Shown: in pieces, positions 1-12,585 of the stretch
Numbering within the stretch: the stretch's first letter is position 1
Layout of the letters: every line of letters starts with the position of its first letter
Assembly: GCA_965662235.1 (NCBI GenBank)
Contig: CBFIGY010000012.1
Coordinates: 1 to 64,000, forward strand
Origin: an uncultured bacterium
GTDB taxonomy: Bacteria; SAR324; NAC60-12
Reading direction: 5' to 3'
DNA length: 64,000 nt
The notes under the pieces: generated by a model
What the model was told of the DNA's origin: nothing
Seen by the model: the letters and a program-made list of their open reading frames with translations, nothing else
Databases searched by the model: none
Made by a program: the position numbers and the translations under genes

Positions 1-1
1 T

Positions 2-3897
<3,896 letters not shown>

Positions 3898-3949
3898 CTT
3901 GCGCTCCTCCGAGGAGCTTCGTATCATTCTCCTTTTTGCCAAAAAGGGA

Positions 3950-4456
3950 ATGGGAGCAACAGAAGCGGAGAACGGAGGCGTCAAGGTCGCCGTGATCATG
4001 GGCAGCACGTCCGATTGGGACACCATGAAGGAAGCCTGTGCGGTGCTGGAAGAGTGCGGCGTGGCCTACGAAAAACGGGTGGTGTCGGCCCACCGGACCC
4101 CGGAGCTGATGGCGTCTTTTGCGCAGGAAGCCCACACCCGCGGACTGGAGGTCATCATTGCCGGCGCCGGAGGAGCCGCGCATCTGCCCGGAATGGTGGC
4201 GGCGCAGACGTTGGTTCCGGTGATTGGGGTGCCGGTGAAGTCATCCACCCTCAGCGGTTGGGATTCCCTGCTTTCGATTGTGCAGATGCCCCGAGGCGTT
4301 CCAGTGGCCACCGTCGCCATTGGGGGTGCCGGTGCGTACAATGCCGGGCTGCTGGCCGTGCAGATGCTGGCGGTGCGCGATCCAGCGCTCCGGGCCCTCT
4401 TGGAACAACGGCGGGAACAGACGCGCCAAACGGTTCTGGAGGCCGAGCTGCCATGA
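3950..4456 (+). CDS. purE: N5-CAIR mutase
   Basis: [29 protein letters not shown] and SIVQMP motifs. ATG at 3950 chosen as start. Confidence 0.96.
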   Translation: MGATEAENGGVKVAVIMGSTSDWDTMKEACAVLEECGVAYEKRVVSAHRTPELMASFAQEAHTRGLEVIIAGAGGAAHLPGMVAAQTLVPVIGVPVKSSTLSGWDSLLSIVQMPRGVPVATVAIGGAGAYNAGLLAVQMLAVRDPALRALLEQRREQTRQTVLEAELP

Positions 4457-5607
4457 AACCACTCCCTCCGGGAACCCGCATTGGCCTGCTTGGAGGAGGG
4501 CAGCTTGCTCGGATGCTGACCCTTGCGGGCACCGCCATGGGGTTCTCCTTCACCGTCCTCGACCCCACCCCCAACAACCCGGCGGTACTCGCTGGCGCCG
4601 ATCCGCTGACGGCTCCATACGATGATCCGGACGCCTTGAAGGCGCTTGCTGCAACGTGTGCAGTGGTGACCTACGAGTTTGAAAACGTTCCTGCCACCAC
4701 CGTTGAGCAGCTGGAGCAGATCACTTCTGTTCCGCAGGGCAGCGCTCTCCTCACCACCTGCCAGCACCGCCTCCGTGAAAAGACCGCACTGCAGGCGCTT
4801 GGGGTCCCGGTGACGCCGTTTGCCGCAGTCGCCTCCGTGGACGACCTCCACGCCTTCTTTGAAACCCACGGACCGACGATGCTCAAAACCGCCACCGGTG
4901 GCTACGATGGCAAGGGACAGGTCCGGATTGAGCAGGCTTCAGAGGTGGAGGCGGCATTCGCGCAGCTGAGCGCCTCTGGACGAGAGCTGATTGCCGAAAG
5001 GATCTTCACCTTTGCTGTAGAAGCCTCCGTCATGGTGGCACGGAGCACTTCCGGAGCTGTGGCGTGCTATCCGGTGGGAGAGAATTTCCATGAGAGAAAC
5101 ATACTGACTTTCACCCGGATTCCTGCGAAGATTTCCCCGGAAACCCAAGCACGGGCCGAACAGGTTGCGCGTCAGGTCGCTGAAGGCCTGCAGCTGGTGG
5201 GGCTCTTGGGAGTGGAGCTGTTTGTTAGTCCAGACGGCGACCTGGTGGTCAACGAACTCGCCCCCCGGCCACACAACTCGGGACACTGGACTCAGAACGC
5301 GGCAGCAACCTGTCAATTTGAACAGCACCTGCGTGCCATCACCGGCTGGCCGCTTGGACAGACAGACGCGCTGGCCCCGGTGGTCATGCTCAACATCTTG
5401 GGAGAACACCTCCCGCACCTGTTAACCGCTTTGCCTCACCTGCCCCCCAACGCCCACGTTCACCTCTACGGAAAACCAGAGGCACGTCCGGGACGGAAAA
5501 TGGGCCACGTGAACCTAGTGCTTTCCGATTCCTCCCCGCCCCTTGATGCCCTGAAGGCCCTCTCCATCTGGCGCCCAGAGGTCCTTGACGCGTTGCTTCA
5601 CCCTTGA
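4453..5607 (+). CDS. purK: N5-CAIR synthetase (ATP-grasp)
   Basis: [39 protein letters not shown] and LYGK...RKMGH motifs. The ATG overlaps the purE stop. Confidence 0.95.
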   Translation: MKPLPPGTRIGLLGGGQLARMLTLAGTAMGFSFTVLDPTPNNPAVLAGADPLTAPYDDPDALKALAATCAVVTYEFENVPATTVEQLEQITSVPQGSALLTTCQHRLREKTALQALGVPVTPFAAVASVDDLHAFFETHGPTMLKTATGGYDGKGQVRIEQASEVEAAFAQLSASGRELIAERIFTFAVEASVMVARSTSGAVACYPVGENFHERNILTFTRIPAKISPETQARAEQVARQVAEGLQLVGLLGVELFVSPDGDLVVNELAPRPHNSGHWTQNAAATCQFEQHLRAITGWPLGQTDALAPVVMLNILGEHLPHLLTALPHLPPNAHVHLYGKPEARPGRKMGHVNLVLSDSSPPLDALKALSIWRPEVLDALLHP

Positions 5608-5624
5608 CTCACACCCCGTTCGTT

Positions 5625-6338
5625 ATGTCCGATTCACTCCTCTACGAGGGCAAGGCCAAGCAGATCTTCCGTACCGAAGCGGACGACGTGGTCCGTGTTG
5701 CCTATAAGAACGATACCACTGCTTTCAATGGCGAAAAGTTTGAGCAGCTTGACGGCAAGGGCGCGCTCAACAACCGCATCAGCACCTTCTTCTTTGAGCT
5801 GCTGGCAGACGCCGGCATCGCAAGTCACTTTGTGAAGCAGCTTTCTGAAACGGAACAGCTGGTGCGTCGGGTGACGATCATCCCAGTGGAGGTGGTGATC
5901 CGCAACGTGGCCGCAGGATCGCTGGCGAAGCGCATTGGCTGGGAAGAGGGCACAGCGCTTCCGGAACCCATTGTGGAGTTCTACTACAAGAGTGACGAAC
6001 TGGGGGACCCGCTGCTCAACCACGACCACATTCAGCTCCTAGGACTCGCAACTCCAGAGGAGCTGCAGATCCTCCGGGAGCAGGGGCTCGCTGTCAACCG
6101 CGTCCTTCAACCGTTTCTGTACGCCCGTGGGCTGCGCCTGATCGACTTCAAGCTCGAGTTTGGCAAGGATGCGACTGGAGCCGTGGTGCTGGCCGATGAG
6201 ATCTCTCCGGACACGTGCCGCTTCTGGGATGCAGAGACCCACGAAAAGCTCGACAAGGACCGCTTCCGCCGGGACATGGGAGGGGTCACAGAGGCCTATC
6301 AGTCCGTTTGGGAACGCCTACAGCAGGAAGGAAAGTAG
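5625..6338 (+). CDS. purC: SAICAR synthetase
   Basis: LLYEGKAK, IPVEVVIRN, DFKLEFG, LADEISPDTCRFWD and LDKDRFR motifs. The start could alternatively be the TTG at 5604. Confidence 0.96.
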   Translation: MSDSLLYEGKAKQIFRTEADDVVRVAYKNDTTAFNGEKFEQLDGKGALNNRISTFFFELLADAGIASHFVKQLSETEQLVRRVTIIPVEVVIRNVAAGSLAKRIGWEEGTALPEPIVEFYYKSDELGDPLLNHDHIQLLGLATPEELQILREQGLAVNRVLQPFLYARGLRLIDFKLEFGKDATGAVVLADEISPDTCRFWDAETHEKLDKDRFRRDMGGVTEAYQSVWERLQQEGK

Positions 6339-6341
6339 CAG

Positions 6342-6590
6342 ATGATGAAAGGAATTGTGACCGTTCAGCTCAAGCAGAATGTCCTTGATGTGCAAGGGCA
6401 AGCGATTCAGCACTCCCTCCACGCCTTGGGATTTGCGCAGGCGCAGAAGGTCCGAATCGGCAAGTCCATTGAAGTGGAACTGGACGCGGCCTCGGCTGAA
6501 GAGGCGCAGGCGACCCTGCAGGCGATGTGTGAGAAGCTGCTGGTGAACAACGTCATTGAAGACTACACCCTCCAGGTGCAGGAGGCCTGA
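6342..6590 (+). CDS. purS: FGAM synthase subunit PurS
   Basis: 82 aa with VLDVQG...VRIGK...MCEKLLVNNVIEDY. Lies between purC and purQ. Confidence 0.93.
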   Translation: MMKGIVTVQLKQNVLDVQGQAIQHSLHALGFAQAQKVRIGKSIEVELDAASAEEAQATLQAMCEKLLVNNVIEDYTLQVQEA

Positions 6591-6592
6591 CC

Positions 6593-7288
6593 ATGGCACA
6601 GAAGATCCGCTGTGCAGTCCTGGTCTTCCCAGGCTCCAACTGCGATGCCGACCTCTTCAAGGCTGCTGCAGCCTTTCCGGAGTTGGCCCCTGAGTTCGTT
6701 TGGCACACCACCGACACGCTGGAAGGCTTCGACCTGGTTTTGGTGCCAGGTGGTTTCAGTTACGGTGACTACCTCCGTGTTGGAGCCGTTGCCGCCCGCT
6801 CTCCGGTGGTGCAGGCGCTGCAGAAGGCTGCCTCTGCAGGCGTCCGGGTGCTGGGAATCTGCAATGGGTTTCAGATTCTTACAGAAGCAGGTCTGCTGCC
6901 AGGAACCTTGTTGCACAACACGTCTCTGAAGTTTGTTTGCGAAGTGACTCCGCTGGAGGTGGTCAACGCTCAGACGGCCTTCAGCACCGCTTACCAAGCC
7001 GGTCAGGTGGTACAGGTTCCGGTGGCTCACGGAGAGGGAAACTACTTCTGTGACCCGCAGACGCTGCAGCAGCTGGAAGCCAACGGCCAGGTCGTCTTTC
7101 GCTATGCCGAAGGCCGGAACCCGAACGGCTCCGTCAACAACATCGCCGGCATCTGCAACGAGGCCGGGAACGTCTTAGGGATGATGCCGCATCCGGAACG
7201 CGCCATGGCCGATTGGATGGGCTCGGCAGATGGGCACGCCCTCTTTGCGTCTCTGCGTGATGCCCTGCTGATGTCCTCCTCCGCCTGA
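6593..7288 (+). CDS. purQ: FGAM synthase glutaminase subunit PurQ
   Basis: FPGSNCD, PGGFSYGDYLR, GICNGFQIL, AHGEGNY and GMMPHPER motifs. Confidence 0.96.
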   Translation: MAQKIRCAVLVFPGSNCDADLFKAAAAFPELAPEFVWHTTDTLEGFDLVLVPGGFSYGDYLRVGAVAARSPVVQALQKAASAGVRVLGICNGFQILTEAGLLPGTLLHNTSLKFVCEVTPLEVVNAQTAFSTAYQAGQVVQVPVAHGEGNYFCDPQTLQQLEANGQVVFRYAEGRNPNGSVNNIAGICNEAGNVLGMMPHPERAMADWMGSADGHALFASLRDALLMSSSA

Positions 7289-7374
7289 GGTTTCGGAAAC
7301 GCTCTGACTGCTCAGGTCCGGACCGTCCGGGCCCGCGCTGCAACCGCCTCCTCCCTGAATGAACGTGTTTCTCC

Positions 7375-9612
7375 ATGACCGAACCGACTCCTGAACAGAT
7401 CCAAGCCGAGCAGGTCTACCTGAAAATGGGCCTGACTCCTGCGGAATACGATGAGGTGATCCAGCGCCTAGGACGCCTCCCGAACCTCACTGAAACCGGC
7501 ATCTTCGGCGTGATGTGGTCGGAGCACTGCTCCTACAAAAACTCCCGTCCCCTGTTGGGACGCTTTCCAACAGAAGGCGAACACGTCCTTCAGGGCCCGG
7601 GAGAGGGCGCTGGTGTGGTGGACATTGGAGACGGCTGGGCCGTGGTCTTCAAGGTTGAGAGCCACAACCACCCTTCAGCCGTGGAGCCGCATCAGGGCGC
7701 TGCCACCGGTGTGGGGGGCATCCTCCGGGACATCTTTTCCATGGGCGCCCGCCCGGTGGCCATCCTCAACTCCCTTCGCTTTGGCCCGCTTCAGGGCGAC
7801 CCTCGTTCTGCCCGAACGCGCTACTTGCTCAATCACGTGGTCGGTGGCATCGCCGGTTACGGCAACTGCATCGGCGTGCCCACCGTCGGCGGTGAGGTGG
7901 ACTTTCACCCTAGCTACTCCGGAAATCCCCTAGTCAACGCGATGGGCGTGGGGCTGGTTCGGCACGACCGCATCCAGCACGGACGTGCCTCCGGAGTCGG
8001 GAACCCGGTGATTTATGTAGGGGCTGCCACCGGACGAGACGGCATTCACGGGGCCACGTTTGCCTCTGAAGAACTGAACGACGAGTCGGAATCCAAGCGT
8101 CCGTCGGTGCAGGTCGGGGATCCGTTCATGGGAAAGCTGCTTCTGGAAGCCTGCCTTGAGTGCTATGAGACCGGGGCGCTGCTGGCCGTTCAAGACATGG
8201 GGGCCGCGGGGCTGACGTGTTCTAGCACAGAGATGGGGTACAAGGGACAGCTCGGAATGGAGCTGAACCTCGACGACGTTCCTCAGCGCGCAGAGAACAT
8301 GAGCACCTACGAAATCATGCTCTCCGAGTCGCAGGAGCGCATGCTCTTTGTCGCTCACCCCGGACGCGAGCCCGAGGTGTTTGCCATCTGCGAAAAGTGG
8401 GGGGTTCCTGCGAAAACGGTGGGCCGCGTCATCGCCGATCCTGTGCTCCGGCTCCGGCATCATGGCGAAGCAGTGGCCGAGGTTCCTCTGGAAGAGGTTT
8501 GTGGCAACACGCCTCTTTACCGGCGGGACTCCCGGAAGCCCCAGGAAGCAGAAGCCCGTCAAGAGGAAGTAGCGGTGCAGTGGGACCTGCCCAGCGACCT
8601 CCGCATGGTCTTCCGGAGCCTCCTGCAGCGTCCGGAACTGGCGTCCAAGGCCTGGGTGTACCGCCAGTACGATTCCATGGTCCGGACCTGCACGCAGGTG
8701 GGACCGGGGTCCGATGCCGCGGTGATCCGGGTGGAAGGAACCGACAAGGCGCTGGCGATGAGCATTGACGGCAACGCCCGGTACGTGTTTCTTGATCCGC
8801 TCGTTGGGGGCCAGACCGCCGTGGCCGAGTGTGCCCGCAACGTTGTGTGTGCGGGGGCGCGTCCTCTGGCGTTGACCAACGGCCTGAACTTCGGAAGCCC
8901 AGAGAAGCCGGAAATCTTCTGGCAGCTGGAGCAAGCGGTCACAGGCATGTCTGACGCGTGTGCGGCCTTGGGACTTCCGGTCACCGGAGGCAACGTGAGC
9001 CTTTACAATGAAACGGAGGGCGAGCCCATTTTGCCCACCCCAATGATTGGAGTCGTGGGGCTGGTGGAGGACCTCCAGCACGTCACCCGTCAGCACTTCC
9101 AGCAAGCGGGAGACACGTTGATGCTGGTGGGAAAAACTCATGAGGAACTGGGCGGCTCAGCGTATCAGGAGCTGATGCTCGGACGCCTGACGGGGCGGCC
9201 TCCGGCGCTGAACCTTGAAACCGAACGGGCCCTGCAGGACGGACTGCTGGAGGTCATCCGAAGCGGGTGGCTGCACTCTGCGCACGACCTCTCGCACGGC
9301 GGCTTGGGGCTGGCGCTTCTGCGGTGCTCCACCGAATCCCTGGGCGTGGACGTGTCGTGGCAGACGGCGCTCCGTCCAGACCTGGCGCTGTTCAGCGAAA
9401 CCCAGTCCCGCCTGCTCCTGAGCTTGGCGCCAGAGCACCTTCATGAGGTGGAAGCCACCTTCCGCAAGCATGGGTTGTTCTGTGAGCCCCTTGGCGTGGT
9501 GGCCGAAGCAACCTTCCGGGTTGAGGTCCGGGGCCAGCTGGTGCTGGACGAGTCGCTGAGTGAGCTGCAGCAGCTGTGGCACGGCGCTCTGGCGGAGCAG
9601 CTGAACGCATGA
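7375..9612 (+). CDS. purL: FGAM synthase subunit PurL (small type)
   Basis: [23 protein letters not shown] and LSESQERM motifs. The 745 aa length fits small-form PurL. Confidence 0.97.
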   Translation: MTEPTPEQIQAEQVYLKMGLTPAEYDEVIQRLGRLPNLTETGIFGVMWSEHCSYKNSRPLLGRFPTEGEHVLQGPGEGAGVVDIGDGWAVVFKVESHNHPSAVEPHQGAATGVGGILRDIFSMGARPVAILNSLRFGPLQGDPRSARTRYLLNHVVGGIAGYGNCIGVPTVGGEVDFHPSYSGNPLVNAMGVGLVRHDRIQHGRASGVGNPVIYVGAATGRDGIHGATFASEELNDESESKRPSVQVGDPFMGKLLLEACLECYETGALLAVQDMGAAGLTCSSTEMGYKGQLGMELNLDDVPQRAENMSTYEIMLSESQERMLFVAHPGREPEVFAICEKWGVPAKTVGRVIADPVLRLRHHGEAVAEVPLEEVCGNTPLYRRDSRKPQEAEARQEEVAVQWDLPSDLRMVFRSLLQRPELASKAWVYRQYDSMVRTCTQVGPGSDAAVIRVEGTDKALAMSIDGNARYVFLDPLVGGQTAVAECARNVVCAGARPLALTNGLNFGSPEKPEIFWQLEQAVTGMSDACAALGLPVTGGNVSLYNETEGEPILPTPMIGVVGLVEDLQHVTRQHFQQAGDTLMLVGKTHEELGGSAYQELMLGRLTGRPPALNLETERALQDGLLEVIRSGWLHSAHDLSHGGLGLALLRCSTESLGVDVSWQTALRPDLALFSETQSRLLLSLAPEHLHEVEATFRKHGLFCEPLGVVAEATFRVEVRGQLVLDESLSELQQLWHGALAEQLNA

Positions 9613-9644
9613 CCATTCTCCTTCACCCCTGTTAGGAACCGAAC

Positions 9645-10994
9645 GTGTGCGGCATCTTTGGCATTTACAATCACCCTCAGGCAGCGGAGTTGACCTACCT
9701 CGGCATTCACGCCCTTCAGCACCGGGGGCAGGAAAGTGCCGGGATCTGCACCTCCGATGGTGAGACGCTGCACGTTGCTCGGGGCATGGGACTGGTGACA
9801 GAGGCTTTTGCGCAACGTCAGCACCAGAGCCTTCCGGGCGCCCATGCGATTGGGCACGTCCGTTACACCACTGCTGGAGACACCGGCCTGCAGAATGCCC
9901 AACCCCTCATGTTCCGTTACAGCGGTGGACAGGTTTCGCTGGCCCACAACGGCAACCTCGTCAATGCCAACCGCCTGCGGTCTCAGCTGGAGCGGCAGGG
10001 CTCGATCTTCCAGACCACCAGTGACACGGAGGTCATCTCTCACCTCATCGCCCGCTCCGGACCACCAGTCATTCAGGCAATCCAGGACGCGCTGCGGGTG
10101 ATTGAAGGAGCGTACGCCCTCATCTTCCTCACTCCGGACTCACTCATTGCCGCGCAGGACCCGCGTGGGTTCCGGCCCCTGTGCCTCGGGAAGCTGGAGG
10201 AGGGCTGGGTCGTGGCTTCCGAAACGTGTGCCCTGGACATCGTCGGCGCTGAGTTCGTCCGAGACCTGGAGCCTGGGGAACTGCTGCGGATCGACGCTTC
10301 CGGACTTCACTCTCAGGTGTTTCTGGAACCGAGCCCCCGCACCATCTGCTCGTTTGAGTACATCTACTTCGCCCGTCCGGACAGTGAAATTGACCAGATT
10401 GGGGTCCATGAGGTCCGGAAGTCCCTAGGACGCGAGCTGGCTCAGGAGCTGCCCACAGAAGCAGACGTGGTGCTCGGGGTGCCGGATTCGGGACTGGCTT
10501 CCGCGATTGGTTACGCCGAGGCCTCTGGGATTCCGTATGAGATGGGAATGATGAAGAACCGGTACGTGGGACGGACCTTCATTCAACCGAACCAGGAGCT
10601 GCGGCGCCAGGGAGTGCGCATGAAGCTGAGTCCGGTCCGGAGCGCCGTCGCAGGGAAGCGGGTGGTGCTGGTGGATGACTCCATTGTCCGAGGGACCACG
10701 AGTGGTCGCATTGTGCAGATGCTCAAGGAGGCCGGCGCGCTGGAGGTGCACCTGCGCATCACGTCCCCTCCCATCACCCACTCCTGCCTGTACGGAATCG
10801 ACACGGCTCGGCAGGCGGAACTGATTGCCGCCAACCAGTCCCCTGAGGAAATCTGCGAATCGATTGGCGCCGACTCCCTCTACTTTCTTTCCTCATCGGG
10901 CATGATCCAGGCGACGGGGCGTTCCGACGCTTCGCCGAACTGCGGACACTGCCTTGCCTGCTTCAACGGAAACTATCCCACACCGACCTCATGA
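9645..10994 (+). CDS. purF: Amidophosphoribosyltransferase (Fe-S type)
   Basis: N-terminal Cys (MCGIFG), QHRGQESAG, HNGNL and VDDSIVRGTT motifs. Fe-S cysteines in CSFEYIYF, CLYGID and CLAC. Confidence 0.97.
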   Translation: MCGIFGIYNHPQAAELTYLGIHALQHRGQESAGICTSDGETLHVARGMGLVTEAFAQRQHQSLPGAHAIGHVRYTTAGDTGLQNAQPLMFRYSGGQVSLAHNGNLVNANRLRSQLERQGSIFQTTSDTEVISHLIARSGPPVIQAIQDALRVIEGAYALIFLTPDSLIAAQDPRGFRPLCLGKLEEGWVVASETCALDIVGAEFVRDLEPGELLRIDASGLHSQVFLEPSPRTICSFEYIYFARPDSEIDQIGVHEVRKSLGRELAQELPTEADVVLGVPDSGLASAIGYAEASGIPYEMGMMKNRYVGRTFIQPNQELRRQGVRMKLSPVRSAVAGKRVVLVDDSIVRGTTSGRIVQMLKEAGALEVHLRITSPPITHSCLYGIDTARQAELIAANQSPEEICESIGADSLYFLSSSGMIQATGRSDASPNCGHCLACFNGNYPTPTS

Positions 10995-12016
10995 GTGACG
11001 CCTATCGTTCTGCTGGAGTGGACCTGGAAGCCGCTGACGAGGCGGTGTCTCGCTTCAAACCGCTGGCTCAGCGGACCCTCCGCCCGGAGGTTCTGGGTGG
11101 CCTGGGAGGATTTGGAGGCCTGTTTCAGCTCGACCTCGCCCGTTTCCCGGATCCTGTGTTGGTGTCTGGAACCGATGGCGTTGGGACCAAGCTCAAGCTG
11201 GCATTTGAACTCAACCAGCACAGCACCATTGGCATTGACCTGGTGGCAATGTGTGTGAACGACATTCTGGTGCAGGGCGCGGAACCGCTGTTCTTCCTTG
11301 ACTACCTTGCTTGCGGAACCCTGCAGCCGGAACAGGCGGAGCAGATCGTCCGGGGCATTAGCGAGGGCTGCCTGGAGTCTGGATGTGCGCTCTTGGGAGG
11401 AGAAACCGCGGAGATGCCGGGCATGTATGCCGCTGAAGAGTACGACCTGGCCGGCTTTGCCGTCGGAGTGGTGAGCCGCTCCAAGCTGATTGACGGATCC
11501 CGGATTGAGGTCGGCGACGCGCTCATTGGCCTCGCGTCCAGTGGAGTCCACAGCAACGGCTTCTCGCTGGTCCGGAAGATCCTAGCGGACCAGGACCTGT
11601 CGCTGCACGATCCTTTGCCGAAGACGGACCTGACGATTGGCGCCGCGCTGCTGAAACCGACGGCGCTGTACGTCCGCCCTCTGCTGGAACTGATGCGGCA
11701 GGTCGAGGTCCGGGGCATGTCCCACATTACCGGAGGCGGCCTCCCGGGCAATGTCCCGCGGATGCTTCCGGAAGGCGTTTCTGCGGAAATCCACCGGGGC
11801 TCCTGGCCGGAACTGCCGATCTTCCAGTTCCTCCAGCAGCAGGGACAACTGAAGTTTGAGGACGCGGCTCCGGTCTTCAACCTGGGGCTGGGAATGGTGC
11901 TCTGCGTACCTGAAAAGGACGTGGCAGCGGCGTTGGAGCTGCTGCAGAATTTCGGAGAGAAGGCCTACCGCATTGGTCAGGTGATACTGGGAAATCAGGA
12001 GGTGGTTTGGGCCTAA
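10991..12016 (+). CDS. purM: AIR synthetase
   Basis: YRSAGVD, GTDGVGTK, GGETAEMPG, SSGVHSNGFSL and HITGGG motifs. Confidence 0.97.
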   Translation: MSDAYRSAGVDLEAADEAVSRFKPLAQRTLRPEVLGGLGGFGGLFQLDLARFPDPVLVSGTDGVGTKLKLAFELNQHSTIGIDLVAMCVNDILVQGAEPLFFLDYLACGTLQPEQAEQIVRGISEGCLESGCALLGGETAEMPGMYAAEEYDLAGFAVGVVSRSKLIDGSRIEVGDALIGLASSGVHSNGFSLVRKILADQDLSLHDPLPKTDLTIGAALLKPTALYVRPLLELMRQVEVRGMSHITGGGLPGNVPRMLPEGVSAEIHRGSWPELPIFQFLQQQGQLKFEDAAPVFNLGLGMVLCVPEKDVAAALELLQNFGEKAYRIGQVILGNQEVVWA

Positions 12017-12585
12017 CCCGTTTGGCGGTTTTTGCCTCGGGACGGGGCAGCAACCTGCTGGCGATTCAGGAAGCGATTGAGTCCGGACGCCTGCCAACGC
12101 ACCAGGTGGTGCAGGTGGTCTGTGATCGGCCAGAGGCGCCGGTCGTTCAGCACGCTGCCCGTCTGCAGATTCCCTGCTTTGCCTTTGCGCCGAAGGCTTA
12201 TGCCACCAAAGCCGCGTATGAGCAGGAGATCCTGACACGTCTGGAAGCGGCCTCAGTGGAACTGGTGGTGCTGGCAGGGTACATGCGGTTGGTGGGCCCC
12301 ACGTTTCTGGAGGCGTGGGAAGGCCGGGCGCTGAACCTGCACCCGTCGCTGCTACCAGCGTTTCCAGGAAAGGATGCGATTGGGCAGGCGTTCCGAGCGC
12401 AGGTTCCGGAGACCGGGGTGACGGTTCATTGGGTGGATGCTGGCATGGACACCGGTCCGGTGATTCAACAGAAGCGGGTGCCGCTTTTGCCCGGAGACAC
12501 CGAAGACACGCTGGCGGAGCGGATCCACGCGGTTGAGCATCAGCTCCTGCCAGAGGTCATCCGGAAGGTGACGGCCCAGCCTTAG
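12007..12585 (+). CDS. purN: GAR transformylase
   Basis: FASGRGSN, LAGYMRL, NLHPSLLPAFPG and TGVTVHWVDAGMDTGP motifs. TTG start follows AGGAGG. Confidence 0.95.
   Translation: MGLTRLAVFASGRGSNLLAIQEAIESGRLPTHQVVQVVCDRPEAPVVQHAARLQIPCFAFAPKAYATKAAYEQEILTRLEAASVELVVLAGYMRLVGPTFLEAWEGRALNLHPSLLPAFPGKDAIGQAFRAQVPETGVTVHWVDAGMDTGPVIQQKRVPLLPGDTEDTLAERIHAVEHQLLPEVIRKVTAQP

Noticed and set aside
3898..3949. Purine riboswitch or PurBox upstream of purE
   Set aside because: Only about 50 nt separate the LacI gene from purE, and no aptamer consensus is visible.
4015..4452. N-terminal extension making PurK 530 aa
   Set aside because: It overlaps purE in another frame. PurK motifs begin at the ATG at 4453.
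7930..9141. Long antisense ORFs (also 23949-25148, 48853-50064, 18143-19045, 14748-15668)
   Set aside because: They lie opposite confidently identified genes and are expected in GC-rich DNA.
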